The notes below the pieces were generated by a model. That model did no database searches, was not told the DNA's origin, and saw nothing but the letters and a program-made list of their open reading frames with translations. A DNA stretch of 62,625 nt, the filler included, from Chiloscyllium plagiosum (lineage: Eukaryota), in assembly GCF_004010195.1 (NCBI RefSeq). It is 4 parts of one record of this genome, joined end to end, with 100 filler letters (N's around TTAATTAATTAA, not from the genome) between each part and the next. Parts side by side here need not be neighbours in the genome. Positions count along the whole stretch, not along the records: positions 1 to 29,428 come from NC_057713.1; 3 more parts are not named here. One strand, 5' to 3'. How positions within the stretch are numbered: position 1 is the stretch's first letter; each line of letters begins with the position of its first letter. The translations under genes and the position numbers were made by a program. Of the stretch, positions 1 through 13,557 are shown one piece after another.

Positions 1-241
1 TGTACTCTGCTTTGTCCAGGATGACCGTCATTCTGCCTTTGTCTGCTGGTAGTATGATTATGTTCTTATCATTTCTTAGTGATTTCAGTGCTTCCCTCTC
101 TTTGGTGTTGAGGTTATGTGTTCCTAGAGGCATGGCATTCATCCACAGATTGAATCAATAAGCACATCAACCTGGACCCAATATACTGACCACTGCAACG
201 GACAGCTGGAACTGACAACCGGAAGCGGCAGATTCAAACCA
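1..241. mobile_element. Penelope-like element (Poseidon-like): 5'-truncated RT N-terminus with an inverted 3' segment
   Basis: Minus strand 1-118 reads HNLNTKEREALKSLRNDKNIIILPADKGRMTVILDKAEY (PLE 'DKG' motif, no stops). Plus strand 121-207 reads FLEAWHSSTD*INKHINLDPIY*PLQRTA (PLE endonuclease C-terminus). An inverted terminal segment is typical of PLE insertions. Confidence 0.85.
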
Positions 242-287
242 CAATAATTATACATTTCTGAAATGCTATTTTATTTTTGAATCCCAG

Positions 288-314
288 GTAGCCCCTGTCA
301 AAGTTTCACATCAG
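288..314 (+). CDS. Possible 27-nt microexon (VAPVKVSHQ), candidate non-collagenous linker of the collagen gene
   Basis: T-rich tract ending ...gaatcccag|GTAGCC and strong donor CAG|GTGAGA; 27 nt, open in phase 0. No homology support, and it lies on a different contig from the other exons. Confidence 0.3.
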
Positions 315-1039
315 GTGAGACTATTTTAAACTTGCTTTCATAAAGATATAAGAACGAGAAGCAAGAGTAAGCATTTCAGTCCCTCAAGTCTACCGCGTCA
401 TTGAATACAATCATGGCTGATCTCATCTCGGCCTCAACTCCACTTTTCTACCCAATCTCCATGACACTTCAATCCATTACCAGTTAAAATGCTGTCTATC
501 TCCTCTTAAATTTACCCACCACAGTTCTGGGTAGGAGAATTCCACACATTCATCAGCCTTTTTTCTGCATCCCCTTATTTCTGTGGCACTGGGCATTCTC
601 TTGGGTGAAAGATACAGGGTTCAGTACCTATTCTGCAGGAAAATGACTCTGAAATACTTTGACTGATTTTGGAGGCAAACTGCAGCCTGTTTCCAAATTT
701 ATAGCAGGTGAAGCAGAAAAGCCATTTTAAATTTAGTAAGAAAGATAATTCCTATCGACTGGAATTTTACTTTTTTAATGGAGCATCCAAAAGGGAATTC
801 TAAAGGTTCACAATGCTCCGAAAAAAGAGAAATGTTTCCTCATCTCTGTTTTAAGTGGGTGACCCCCAATTTTTAAACTACAACCCAGTTCTAGATTCTC
901 CTGTAAGAGCAAACATCCTTTCAACATTTACTTGTTAAAGTTTGGTCAGACTCTTTTTGTTTCAATGAACTCACCTCCTCTCTTTGAAATTTCAGAGAAT
1001 ATAGATCTATCCTGTCTAGCTTTTCCTTACAAATCAGTT

Positions 1040-1256
1040 GGCCCACTATCAGCATCTACCTAGCGTCTTCCCACTACCTCACCTCTATCCTTCTATTTAT
1101 CTCTCAGCTCCCTTGCCCCACCCACATTCCTAATGAAGAGCTTATGCCCAAAATGTCGACTCTCCTCCTTCTCGGATGCTGCCTGACCAGTTGTGCTTTT
1201 TCAGCGTCACACTTTTCAACTCTGATTTTCAGCATCTGCAGTCCTCACTTTCTCCC
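1040..1256 (+). mobile_element. PLE family A 3' end with degenerate hammerhead core
   Basis: Matches 55660-55866; core is mutated (cattcCTAATGAagagcttatgcccAAAAtgtc); ends in the family tail ...cagcatctgcagtcctcactttctcc. Confidence 0.85.
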
Positions 1257-1567
1257 ATTCCAGATGTTACTCTAGTTAAACATCATTGAACTGCCTCCAA
1301 TGCATTAACATCATTCCTTTCACGGTGACCAATACTGAACAAGGTACTCCAGATATGGTCTCATGAATGTCCTGTATAACTGTAGTATAACCTCCCTACT
1401 CTTGCATTCAATTCCCCTCGTAATGAAACAGAGCATTCTATTAGCTTTCCTGCATATTGACATTCTGTGATTCATGTACCAGGGCCCCCAGCACTCTCTG
1501 CATCTCAGAGCTCTGCAACCTGTCATCATATGAATTATATGCATTTTTCAAAATCCTTTCTGCCAAA

Positions 1568-2262
1568 CTGGGCTTATACACTTAATGGTAAGGTCTTGGA
1601 AAGTGTTTCTGAACAAAGAGACTTTGTGGTGCAGGTTCATAGTTCATTGAAACTGGAGTCGTAGGTAGACAGAATAATGAAGAAGGCTTTTGGTATGGTT
1701 GCCTTTATTGGTCAGTGCATTGAGTACAGATGTTGGGAGGTCACATTGCAGCTATAGGACATTGGTTAGGCTACTTTTGGAAAATTGATTTCAATTCTCA
1801 TCTCCTTGTTGTAGGAAGGATGTTGTTAAACTTGAAAGGGTGCAGAAAAGAATGTTGCCAGGGTTGGAAGGTTTGAGCTATAGGGAGAGGCTGAATAGGC
1901 TAGGACTATTTCCTCTGGAGTGTCGGAGGCTGAGGGGTGACCTTATAGAGGTTTATAAAATCGTGACAGGCATGGATAGAGTCTTTTCCCTCGGTTAGGG
2001 GAGTTCAAAACTAGAGAAAATAGGTTTAAGGTGAGAGGGGAAAGATTTCAAAGCTATCTAAAGGGCAACATTTTCATGCAGAGGGTGATGGAGGCTGGTA
2101 CAATTACAACATTTAAAAGACATCTGGATAAATATACAAATAAAAATGGTTTGGAGGAATATGAGTCAAATATGACTAATTAATTTAGGATATCTGGTCG
2201 GCATGGACAAGTTGGACCAATATTTCCATGTTTCCATGCTGAACACCTCTATGACTCTATGA
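1568..2262 (+). mobile_element. CR1 (HER1-like) LINE 3' fragment
   Basis: Degenerate ORF2 C-terminus (YTLNGKVLESVSEQRD...) and a 3' tail of ctatgact repeats. Confidence 0.9.
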
Positions 2263-3715
2263 CAAATTCAAAATTTCCCACATTAGACTCCATTTGCCAG
2301 ATCTTAGCCCACTTAGCCAATCTATATCCTTTGTAGAGTCCTTCTGTCCTTTTCACAACTCACTTCCTTACCTACCTTTGTGTCATTAGCAAATTTAGTT
2401 ACTATAAATTTGATCCATTCATCCAAATCATTTACATAAATTGTAGAGAGGCAAGGGTCCACAACTGATCTGTGGTATACTCTTGATGTCTTCCCAGCCT
2501 GAAAAATATATATTTATTCCTACTGTCTCTTTCCTGTTAGCCAGTTAATCTTCAATCAAAGCCCACGTGGTTACCCCCCTATATTGTGAGCTTTTATTTT
2601 CCTCAATAACTTTTGATATGGCATCTTTTTAAATGCCTTCTGCAAACCTTAATACAATACAGTCACTGGTTCCCCTTTATTTACAGCATAAGTTAATTTC
2701 TCAAAGAACTTCAATAAATTATTTAATCAAATTTGCCTTTGACAAAACCGTGTTGGCTGTGACTGTGACATCTTTAATAATTGTTTGTAATATTTTTCCT
2801 GAAATATAAAGTAGAAAAGATATCACAACTAAATTTCAAAATTACTTTAGTCCAACTCAAACAATTCATTCCAAACTAATTCAGAAATATGCAACAATTT
2901 CTTACTCACACAATTCACTCACAAAAACACCAGACAAATTTATCAATGCACACATTTTTTCTAAATTAATGCATATTTGTGAAAGTATTATGTGTCTGCA
3001 ACATGTGCATCAATTCAAGAATTGATTTCAAATATAATGACCATTGTTGACATTCTATTTGCCCAAATTGAATAGTGGATGGTGTAAGCTGTTAAATTTG
3101 TGTACTATGCTGGCATTTGAGCTAATGTAATGTCAGAACAGATACTGAATGGTGTTGCTTAGTTTTGTTTACTTAGGTGAAATTTGATACTTTTATCACA
3201 ATGTTCAGATAAATTCCTGGTGAGGAACCCAGAACAGTGATTGGCAAAGCTTTAGTTATGATATTCCCAGGGTTGAACAATTAAGAAGTGACCTCCAAAT
3301 GGCAGGGTTACTGTGTTTGACGATCCATTCATTTTGGCCTGTGAAGATGGGAACTGTCCATCTTCACCATGTGGGAGATACCTGGTATTGCAAAGAGGTG
3401 GAAACAATGTCATGGAGTCACATTTCCTGATCGGCAAATGTAGGAGAAAGGGAGCGTATCCTTAATCCAAGCTTTTTTTTTTAATCTGCAAAAGGAGCAA
3501 TGTCATAGTGAAGTCAATGCAGAATATGTGTAGGTCCTCAGAATCAACAGCTACAAGTAAGATGCCCTCTCTTATTGATTTATTAAAGTATTGATTTTAC
3601 ATTGATATAAAGCAAGCATGAGCAGAAATATCAATCAGTTTCCCTGAAATGGTTGCAAAGGCATGCTTGCTGCATGAGCTATATCCCCTTCATGAATTCC
3701 CACCAGCAAAGTCAG

Positions 3716-4723
3716 GATGTCTGTATCCAGTGGAATCCTGCAGGGGTCAGTGTTGCGGCCCTTGCTGTTTGTGGTTTCTGTAGATGACTTAGATGTGAAT
3801 TTAGGACTATTGATCAATAACTTCACCAGTGATACAATAATTGATGATGTGGGAGATAATGAACAGTGCCACCTTAGACTACAGGAGAATAAGAACCAAC
3901 TCATCAGATGTGCTGATCAGTCGCAAATGGAATTTAATCTGGATAAGATGAGGCACTTTGGCAAAGCAATCAAGGCAAAGGGATGCATGATAAGTGGTTG
4001 GACCCTGGGAAGCACCGACGGTCAGAGGGAATGTGATGTACATGTACACTGGTTTTTCTAAGGTATCAGGACAGGGGGATAAAGTGATTAAAAAGGCATG
4101 TGGTATATTTGCCGTTATTGGTCAAGGCATGGACTTTAAGACCAGGGAGGTTATACAAGAACTGTATAAGACTTTGATAAGGCCACAGCTAGCGTCCTCT
4201 GGGATCCACATTATAGGAGAGATGTGACAGTACTGGAGAGGGTGCAGACGAGATTTACCAGAATGTTGCCTGGGCTGGAAAGCTTTAGTCAGGAAGAGAG
4301 ATTGAACAGATTAGGGTTGTTTTCCTTAGCACAAAGGAGATTGAGCAGGAGCATGATTGAGATGTATAAAATTATGAGCAGTATAGAAAAGGTAGACAGG
4401 GAGAAATTTTTCCCCTTGGTGGAGGGTTCAATTAACAGAGGGCACGGATTCAAGATAAAGGGAAGATGGTTTAGAGGAGATGTGAGGAAAAATCTTTTCA
4501 TTCAGAAGGTGGTGGGAATGTGGAACTCACTGTCTGTAAGGGTGATCAAGGCAGAAACCTTCATGACATTGAAGGATATCTAGATTTCACTTTGATGCCA
4601 TGGGCCAAGTGCAAGAAAATGGGATTCGAATAATCATGTAGTCTTTTTTATCAGCACAGTCTCAACGGGCCGACAGCCCTTTTTCTGTCCCATTGATCTC
4701 TGTGACCCTATGAATCTATGACT
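3716..4723 (+). mobile_element. CR1 LINE 3' fragment (RT and C-terminus, frameshifted)
   Basis: ORFs 3717-4061 (SGILQGSVLRPLLFVVSVDDLD) and 4224-4583 (LERVQTRFTRMLPGLE...LGLFSL) are CR1 ORF2; tail ctatga repeats. Confidence 0.9.
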
Positions 4724-5223
4724 CGATAAATGACTCAATTGCAGAATAGCATTTTATTTCCTATTTTCATTCACTTCCTGCTGTTGTTGGGCAGAACCCC
4801 CGGTCCAGGAAAAGCATTCAGAGGCAGGAGCCATGAGGGAGCTGACCCACCATACAATTTACGCACAATTTCCTCATGTCCCTCCTTCTAAAGATTCCTG
4901 GGCTTAGGCAACCTCCAGCCATTGCTTCAATGGAAGTTAAGAAGACTTTAAAATATTGCAATTGCGCTTCCAATTTTAGTTCACGATATATAAAAAAAAC
5001 ACTTAGACGCAAGACAACAAATGAACAAATTTGTCAAGCAAATTACTTTTTCTGTGGAAATGTTCCTACTCTCCTTCCTTTATTCACACAATTACCTCAT
5101 TGTTCATTTGTACCAGCAGATATTTGTATCCTTCACCATAGAGAACAACACATCAGGATATTTATCAATGCAGAAAGACTGCATTGCATCCTGATAGACG
5201 TAAATATTGGAATCACAATGACT

Positions 5224-5340
5224 TAGAATCATAGAATCTCTGCAGTGTAGAAGCAGGCCATTTGGTCCAGTGAGTCCACATCGACCCTCTGAAGAACATC
5301 CCACTCAGGCACACCCACCTTCCCTATTCCTGTAATCCTG
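5224..5340 (-). mobile_element. HE1 SINE 3' tail fragment
   Basis: Reverse complement matches the 3' end of the full copies (gtggac..tggaccaaatggcctg..tctacactg..gattctatgattcta). Confidence 0.7.
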
Positions 5341-5850
5341 GGGCATCCTTTCCTGCAGAATATGAGATAGACAACATTGGGCGAGTCACATGAGTATGTG
5401 GTGGGTGGTGTTCCCACCTGTAATGGTAGTATCCATATTGACATCATGTTAATCCAGTCATTTGGTTTGTCTCCAGCACCATCCTATTCTTAATTTTTTT
5501 GTAATTATTAATTGGATCATAGGTCTTCCCTTCACTTGCTATTCAGCTGTTGACACTTTACTCAAACCATTGGACACTTTTGATCAACTGCAGAGACTTG
5601 TCATTCAGCCTGTCAACACTCCACTCACACCTTCTGTATTTATCTTTTTCTATTCTTAATTACCTGCTTTTATCTTACCATTATCTCTCTGCATAAACAT
5701 GATGTGCCTGTACACTTTCCTCCACTACACATGACAAAGGAGCAACACTCCGAAAGCTTGTGATTTCAAATAAACCATTTGGATTATAACCTGGTGTCAT
5801 GTGACTTCTGACTTTTCCATCCTAGTCCACCACTGTTATCTCCACATCAT
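5341..5850. mobile_element. PLE family C (Neptune-like): GIY-YIG fragment plus inverted terminal region with degenerate hammerhead
   Basis: Minus strand reads YSCDSPNVVYLIFCRKGCP (Cys-rich start of a Neptune-type GIY-YIG). Plus strand 5728-5762 reads cac-ATGACAA-a-ggag-caaca-ctcc-GAAA-g-ctt-gtg, a decayed hammerhead core with paired helices. Confidence 0.75.
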
Positions 5851-6736
5851 AAATTAAAGAGGGACAGAGTGTTAGGTGTTGTTATTGACTGTGGACATGA
5901 GAAGCAAGCTTGAGAGCTGAATCCTGAGTAATTGACATAACTGAGTCGAACCTGATGAAAAATGCTATCGCTACTCCCACTCTTGTTACATTTTGTACAT
6001 CGTGTGTCCATTGGGTTGCAGTTGTACAGGAAATCAAGCTGAATGGCACAATGCAACCCACAGACAGAAATGAAACTTGAATCCTAAGTAAAATAAGGGA
6101 TCTTGTTTAGTAATTTGGAAAGAGCATTCTTTGTTGAGGAGATTACTCACAATGCTCCTTTGGTAATATGATCTTTTTGAATTGTGCCAGTTGATTTTGC
6201 AGCTGGTGGTCAGTTTTTCTGAAGTCTATCAGTAACATCATATTTGTGTCCTTTACTTCCATGAAATAACTAATTAGATCAGAACAGACAACACTAAAAA
6301 GACTCAGCAGATCTTGAAGCAATTGTAGACAAAGAAAAGGGTTATTATTTCAGGCCTGCGATCTTTCATCAGAACACAAATAATGAGAAACATTTCAATG
6401 CTGATGTCCTGTGTAAATCAATGTATTCATTTTCTTGTTTTGATTAAGTTTACCTTATTAATGCATTAGTCATATGTGTAATTCAGCCTTTTAACAAAGA
6501 ATTGGCAAAGCATTTTGTAGAATTGATTCCAAAAACGTAAACAGAAGTTAAATGTCTCCCAAGAGCTCTTTATATTATAACAAAACCAGCTGAAACCATG
6601 CAAAACAAAAATTGTTAAATACTAATAGAAACTTGTGATTTCTTTTCCAATTAAGGCAAACTCAAGCTCACAAAACTTATCTTCAGATTATTTTTCTAAC
6701 ATAATTAAGGATTCTCTCCATTCATCCTTATGCTAT

Positions 6737-7034
6737 TTAATTAGATTCCCTACAGTGTGGAAACAGGCCCTTCTGCCCAACAAGTCCACACTGACCCTCT
6801 GAAGAGTAGCCCATCTAGACTCATTCACCCAACGCTGTAGGCAATTTAGCATGGCCAATTCACCTGGCCTGCACATCTTTTGGAACGTGGGAGGAAGCCA
6901 GAGCACCCGGAGAAAATCCACACAGACACGGGGAATGTACAAACTCCACACAGACAGTTGCCTGAGACAGGAATCAAACGTGGGTCCCTGGTGCTGTGAG
7001 GCAGCAGTGCTAACCACTGAGCCACCATGCCACC
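6737..7034 (-). mobile_element. HE1 (V-SINE) tRNA-derived SINE
   Basis: A box tggctcagtgg, B-box-like gtttgattcc, V-domain ctgtgtggagtttg..ttcccc..gtgtctg, and LINE-like tail ending aatctaa. Confidence 0.9.
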
Positions 7035-7085
7035 TGCTATTGAGCAGTCATAAGATAAACTGGGACCAACTGGACATCAGTTCAC

Positions 7086-7315
7086 CAAAAAACAAAGAAC
7101 AATGGATGCTGAAGATCTGAAAGAAAATAAAACAGAAATTTATGGAGAAACTCAGCCTTTCTGGCAGCATATATGGGCAGAAAAACAGAGTTAACACTTG
7201 GCATCCAGTGACATTTTGTATTACTGACAAAGCTCTGTCAAAGGGTCGCTGGACTTGAAATGTTGACTATCTGCTAGAAATGCTGAGTTTTTCTAGCACT
7301 TTTGTAATTGTTTAT
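7086..7315. mobile_element. PLE family B terminal fold-back, degenerate
   Basis: Imperfect inverted repeat with a decayed core ctgtcaa-a-gggtc-gctg-gactt-GAAA-tgtt near 7235-7265. Related pieces at about 6285-6375, 7748-7848, 13410-13520 and 62130-62190. Confidence 0.65.
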
Positions 7316-7911
7316 TACTGATTCACCAATCCTGATCTGCCCAGCAACAAACTTCAAAGGGAATGCAGCTGAGAGAGAGAGAGCATTAATATTGATTTTC
7401 TAACACATTGTCCACCTGAGCACAGTTATGCCAAGTAATGATGATGCAATAATAATGTCAGGTCATATGAATAAATATTAAGAACTGGATGGAAGCAGAG
7501 GCTCTAACTTTCTGTTCATAACATCCAATCTGGGTCAGAATCCATATAAGACCCAAATAAAACAAAAAGTTGCCCAGTTTCCACTTGCTTAATTCCAGGG
7601 ATTTTTCTAGCTGGGCTTCCAATGAGGATCCATCACAATAGATGCAACGCAGCAAACTATGCAGGTAGTGTTGGAGTCAGTTACCAATGAAATCATGCCC
7701 CCTTCAACAGCAATAGCAACGATATTCAGCAAACATTCAATAAGTGCCCTGAAGGAGAGTTAGATTGGACTCCTAAAAATGAACTCTGTTTCTCTCTCCA
7801 CAGATGCTGCCACAACCTCTGAATTCCTCTAGCATTTTCTGTGTTTTGGGATCTCATAAAAAAGGCACTGAATAAATGCAGATCATCTTTTATTATCCAG
7901 TTTTACTTTAA

Positions 7912-8212
7912 ATTAGTTTCCCTACTGTATGGAAACAGGCCATTTGGCCCAACAAGTGCACACCAACCCTCTGAAGAGTAACTTGCCCAGACCCATTCCC
8001 CTATGTTATATTTATCCCTGATTAATGCACCTAATAATATGGGCTATTTAGCATGGCCAATTCACATGCCCTGCACATCTTTGGATTGTGGGAGGAAATC
8101 CACATAGACACATGGAGAATGTGCAAACTTCACACAGACTGTCACCCCAGGCAGGGATTGAACCCAGGTACCATGAAGCAGTGGTGCTAACCACTTAGCC
8201 ACCATGCCTCCC
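7912..8212 (-). mobile_element. HE1 SINE
   Basis: Reverse complement has the tRNA-like head, V-domain and tail of the other copies. Confidence 0.9.
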
Positions 8213-9676
8213 ATAACATTTAAGTCTCTTGCTTAAAAATAATAGTCAGCTTTTACACTTTCAATTGACCTAGCCTCAACAGCTTTTCAGGAGAATGAGC
8301 TGCCCTGAAATAAATGTTACAGTCCTGAAACGTGGATCTGCCACACAAATTCTGCTTACTTTTCAAAGCAATTCCAGTACTGTCCCCATGACAATTATTT
8401 AAACCTATGTCCTCTGACTATAGACCTTTCAGTGACTAGAAATATTTTCCGCTTATTTATTCCATTCATTAATTATCAGAAACAATGTTGGACAACTTGC
8501 AGAGGAGATGGACCATCTCTGACCCATCAAATAAGCTTATAGAATACTCCACCTATCATTGGAAGTGTGTTGTTTGATTGTATCAATGGGTCAAATTTTT
8601 AGTCTTTCAAAAAGCCCTGTTTGAAAAAAAGGACTTGAAGGTCTGTCAGTTTCAAGCCAACAGTATGGTTTTAGCAAGCTATACTTCCTCATGTAAGTGA
8701 TGTGCAAGACTCTTCTCAATCATGATTGATTATAATTCTTAGAAAAAATATTTTGATCTTGAGAAATGGGAGAACTGGCATATTTAAAGGGGTTGACAGA
8801 CTGCCAAGCTGCAGATTTCAGAACAATTAAGCGGGTACATGGTGGGGCTGAATCTAGTCTTCACTGCCCTTGGGTGAATGTCCAAAAGAATGGGGAGGTT
8901 CATTAATGATTTGAAAGTAGTTAACATTATCCTCAACACTTAACTGAACAAGCTGATATATCCATATATTTAAACTCTTGACAACATCCAGGCTTGTCCA
9001 TTTACACCACTCATGGGTCAGCTAATGACCATTTCCAACAAGAGAAAATCCAGCTGTCACCCTTTGACATTCACCGGCATCATGATGGTTGATAGCTTTT
9101 TTGAGATCTTGTAAAGGGGCTGAGCACCACTGGAATTGCCAGAGGTAGACAACACATTTCATAATTACACACATAATATAGAAATGTTGAAAATAAAAAT
9201 AGGAGTAGGTCATTCAGCTCTTTGAATCCACTCCACCATTCAATATGATCAAGGCTAATCATCCAACTCAGCACACTGTTCCCAAATTCTCCCTATATCC
9301 TTTAATTCATTTAGCCCTAAGAACCATATGTATCTCCATCTTGAAATTATTCAATTTCTGATGTCAACAGTGGCAGAAGATTACACAGGCTGGCAACTCT
9401 TTGGGTGAAGACATTTTTCCTCATCTCAGGCCAAAGTGACCTGGTATCCTACCTGTGCGCAGACTACATGCTTTTTGGACTACTTCCATTATTGGATTCT
9501 GCCAGAAGCGACCATCACTGATTGTATTGATATGATTCATTGAAGGACCCAGTAACTGTCCAGTAAAATAAATTATCAGGGCAAAGCTCTATTCCCCCAA
9601 AGTCTAAGTGGTCTGTGGCCTCAATAAAAGCTTTTTCCATGTGTGAGCATGTTCACCTTTCTGCCAGCAGCCATTT

Positions 9677-9980
9677 GGGGTGGCATGGTGGCTCAGTGGT
9701 TAGCACTGCTGCCTCACCGCACCAGGGTCCCAGGTTTAATTCCAGCCTCGGATGACTGTGTAGAGTTTGCACATTCTCCCCACGTCTGCGTGGGTTTGCT
9801 CCAGTTTTCTCCCACAGTCCAAAGATGTGTAGTTCAGGTGAACTGGCAATGCTAAATTGCTCAGAGTGTTAGGTGCATTAGTCAAAGGGAAACAGGTCTG
9901 GGTGGGTTACTCTTCGGAGGGTTGGCGTGGACTTGTTGGGCCAAATGGCCTGTTTACACACTGAAGGGAATCTAATCTAA
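9677..9980 (+). mobile_element. HE1 SINE
   Basis: ggtggcatggtggctcagtggttagcactgctgcctcac head, V-domain, tail ending aatctaatctaa. Confidence 0.92.
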
Positions 9981-11597
9981 AATAATTATTTCATACTCCA
10001 TTAAATCTGGCCTAATCTTCCTTCCAACCCAAAAATGTATGAACAGACCAAAAGAACAGGAGTTAGATACCAAAACATCAGACAGATGTGACACAACCAA
10101 TGTCAACAGCTTCGAGGCAATCATTAAACAGGGAGATTATACTGTAATAACATACTGCAAGGCTTTGAAACATTGTGGTGGTCTCCATACCATTACTCTT
10201 CACACAGCTGTGGGCTTTGGGGATTGAGAGACTCTGGTTGGATACTGCTCATTGAAGTAGAATTGAGAGCACGATATAAAAAAAACCCAGGAAATGAAGT
10301 CTGAGGGAGATTATGCTGAACATACAAGTGTTCTTACTGTAAGACAAGGTGGTGAAATAATTCAGCTCAATCTCTCAAGCAACTAAAATGATAAAAAGAT
10401 GATCAAGTTTAAAATTGCACATTAGGGTAACCCTCATCAAGCCAGCTCCCAGGGTATCATAAACTTAAAGTCAGGATCAATGGTACGAGATTGTTATGTA
10501 AACTAGAGTCTGGACACAAACCAAGATTCATATTTACAAAAAAAATTACCAGGCTATTATATCTGGACGTATTTGATGGTATTATGGTATTTTGAACTTA
10601 ACTTTAACTTCATTATGAATACAATACATTGTTTTATGAATTCATATGATCATGATTATTTATAATTCTCAACATTCTTCTCTTGAAATGTGATGTTTTC
10701 TACCTGAGTGATATTTTATTTTCTTCATTTGTGCATATTAAACTTAGGAATATGAACAATGCCTACAAATGAAATGCTCTTTGAACTGAAAATGACACTA
10801 GTGCTTCCATGGTGCACAGCCAGCTGATATTAAGATTCAATCATTCTCGGTCACAAAAACAAGAAATAGAAAAAAGATATTGGACTAACAACTTAAAATA
10901 ACTTATAAACAATGGATCAAAATCAATTTTAGTCCTGTGGTGGAGCAACAACTAACCTTTAGTGACATTTACCATGATTCAGTAATGGCGAGATCAATTG
11001 AATTAAAATGACCTTTATGCAAGACCTGGAATGTGTCTGATCAAAAGTAACACAGTTCACCATCAAAACTGGCTTCTAGGTGAGATGCTATAACTAGTAG
11101 CTTCTTCTGTAGATCATTGACATATCTTTCAATAAGATCAAGTAAAGGTCAGAATGGAGGCTGCTGTCATATGAGTTTATCAATGGCTACTTCTATTTGG
11201 AAGTTTCATTAGAATGTAACACTAACAGATTTCAGGCAAAAACTGAGACCTAAAGTTTTACTAACCAAGACAGGAGAATCTCACGGCTTCACAAACCTGA
11301 TTTTTAAAAATGGCTGTCTGATGTTGTATTTTTGACCTGTTGTGGGGTTGAGGAGGTTTGTGGGGGTCAGGAGGGGGTTGGCAGAGAATGGCTTGGATTA
11401 GTAGTTAAAGCAAATTACCCCAATAGAAATGAGGAGGCCACTGGCCACAGACATTGTTTGGCCAAAGGCCTGGCAGAAGGATTTAAACTGTATCTTATAT
11501 TTAAAAATAATGGCTAAGGCTGGAACAATCATTCAAGGTGTCAATGTGGACCTCCAACATCGCCGTATCCCACTGCTCTCTCTGCCCCCCCACTCTC

Positions 11598-11637
11598 CAC
11601 ACACACACACACACACACAAACACACACAAACACACA
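11598..11637. repeat. (CA)n microsatellite
   Basis: Direct reading of an imperfect CA array. Confidence 0.95.
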
Positions 11638-11854
11638 TTCACGTCAGGGCATGCACACAAACACATACTCCTAATGTTTAATCCAAGCCCCTCACCCACA
11701 CCAAATGCCAAGATATTCACCTGCACCCAATCTCCATAACACCTCATGCCCCAATGTTAAGCATGCTCTCCAAATAAATTCAACAGGACTGGACATAAAA
11801 ATATCTAAAGTTACAAAAGTGAAAGTCAGCACCAAGGAATTTTCTGATTAGTAT

Positions 11855-12430
11855 ATCACTCCTGATCCCAATTAATTGTTTACCATCTACAAGGTACAAA
11901 TTGTAATTGTGCTGGAAGACTCTTCACTTTCCTTAATGACTGCAGTTTCAGTAACGCCTAAGAAGGGCAAAATAGCCATTTGATTGGCACCCCATCTGGC
12001 ACTTCCATCTTTCAATTCCTTCACCATCTATAGACATGGCAGCAGCTTATACTATATCTATGAACTTCAACAATTAATAAAGGCTCCTTTGGCAGCACCT
12101 TCCAAACCTATATCTTCTACCAAGTGAAGTACAAGGGCAGCAGATACATGGGAACACCATAACTGGCAAGTTTTCCTCCAAGCCACTCACCATCCTGACA
12201 AAGTCACTGTTTCCTCAGTGTTGTTGAGTCAAAATCCTGGAAATAAGTATGAATGCACTTGGAACCCCCACCATAACCCCCCCCCCCCCCCCCCCCCCCC
12301 AATTCCCCACCACCATCACCCCCAATGCTAAGCAATTCAAGAAAGCAGCTCAGAATCATCTTCTCCAGAGCAATCATGGATGGACACTAAATTCTGTCTT
12401 ATCCAGTGATGTCCATACCTCAGGAATGTA
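11855..12430 (+). mobile_element. Second non-LTR (CR1/L2-group) LINE family, 3' fragment
   Basis: Homologous to 28110-28735 and, reverse-complemented, to 17975-18700. Contains a C24 run at 12277-12300. Confidence 0.75.
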
Positions 12431-13557
12431 TTAGAAATTATCTAAGGATTCGTCTCCACAGGAATAGACTGGATATTCAAAGAAACACACAAGTTCAGAC
12501 TGCTCTTACCAGGCATAATCTATACAATTAGGCTTTCACACCAAGACTGCCAAATTCCCACTTCATTAGAGGCAACTGGCAATTTAAATACACAGCTATC
12601 TCCTGAGCCTTACATTGACAAATCCTGTCCTGTACCTGACTCCTGCTCCCATGAACATGTGCAGTATACAAGATTGCAATTTGTCATTTCCAAGTTGTGC
12701 GTTGTTTTTGCTAGAATAAAGAAGCTCTCTGTCTCTGTGAAAAGCCAGTTCTGTAGATAGCTAATTATCACCTACTCTAAACTCATAATTTAATGCTGTC
12801 CTTACGTCAGTGCTTCCCACTTAAGAGATAAAGTGGCCAACTCTGATCCATTGCCCATTATTCGCAAGAATAATTGGCTCAAAATATGACTCATTCTTGC
12901 TGTGAGAGAACTTGAGAGTCCTGCTTCATTCTTTAATTCCAATTTATCACCTAATTACAAGACAACCTACAATTTTATATTCAAATGTAAAAAGTTGTCC
13001 AGAAATATCCTGTCCAGAACAAGTAGAGGACATCCATCTTGAATCAGTTCCACTCTAAGCTCCCCTCAAGCCTTAGAACTTTACAGTTTCATACTTTATG
13101 GTTTGTTTCCTGTGATATGTGATATTGAGACATTTGTGTTGTTTTCCTTTGGGTGAGCAAATATTCTGTGCCATGAATTTGTTGCTCCTTCATTGTCACT
13201 CAAACTCCTGGAGCTTCCTTCCATTCAGCATTGTGCATGTAGCTACAGCTCAAGAACAGCTGGGGCTAACACTGTCTCAAGAACAATTAGTAATGGAAAG
13301 CAAATGCTGGACTAGCCAGTGATGCCCATGTCTGGCGCATTGGAAAGATGGCCTTAATCATAGAATTGCCAGAATTTGTGCAAATGGCTCAATATGATAA
13401 TTTTAAAAGGTAAATGTTGGAGAATTTCAGCAGGTCTGACAGTACCTATGGAGACAGAAATAAAGTTAATGCTTTGAATCCAAGGACTCTTAGAACATAT
13501 GCTGGTCAACAACATTAATCCCAAATACGTGGAGTGAAATTAGATCGGTCATTTCTC

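Larger units (their letters stand above)
830..2770 (-). mobile_element. Old, fragmented CR1 LINE interrupted by PLE and younger CR1 insertions
   Basis: Minus-strand ORF 1320-1544 (RGIECKSREVILQLYRTFMRPYLEYLVQYWSP) is CR1 ORF2 C-terminal sequence; RT-like remains continue at 2263-2770. Confidence 0.75.

Noticed and set aside
11270..11800. Possible degraded DNA-transposon remnant (similar texture at 14330-14720 and 19560-19850)
   Set aside because: No TIRs, TSDs or protein motifs that I could verify.
12277..12300. C24 run as a functional G-quadruplex
   Set aside because: Simple homopolymer expansion inside a decayed LINE with no supporting context.
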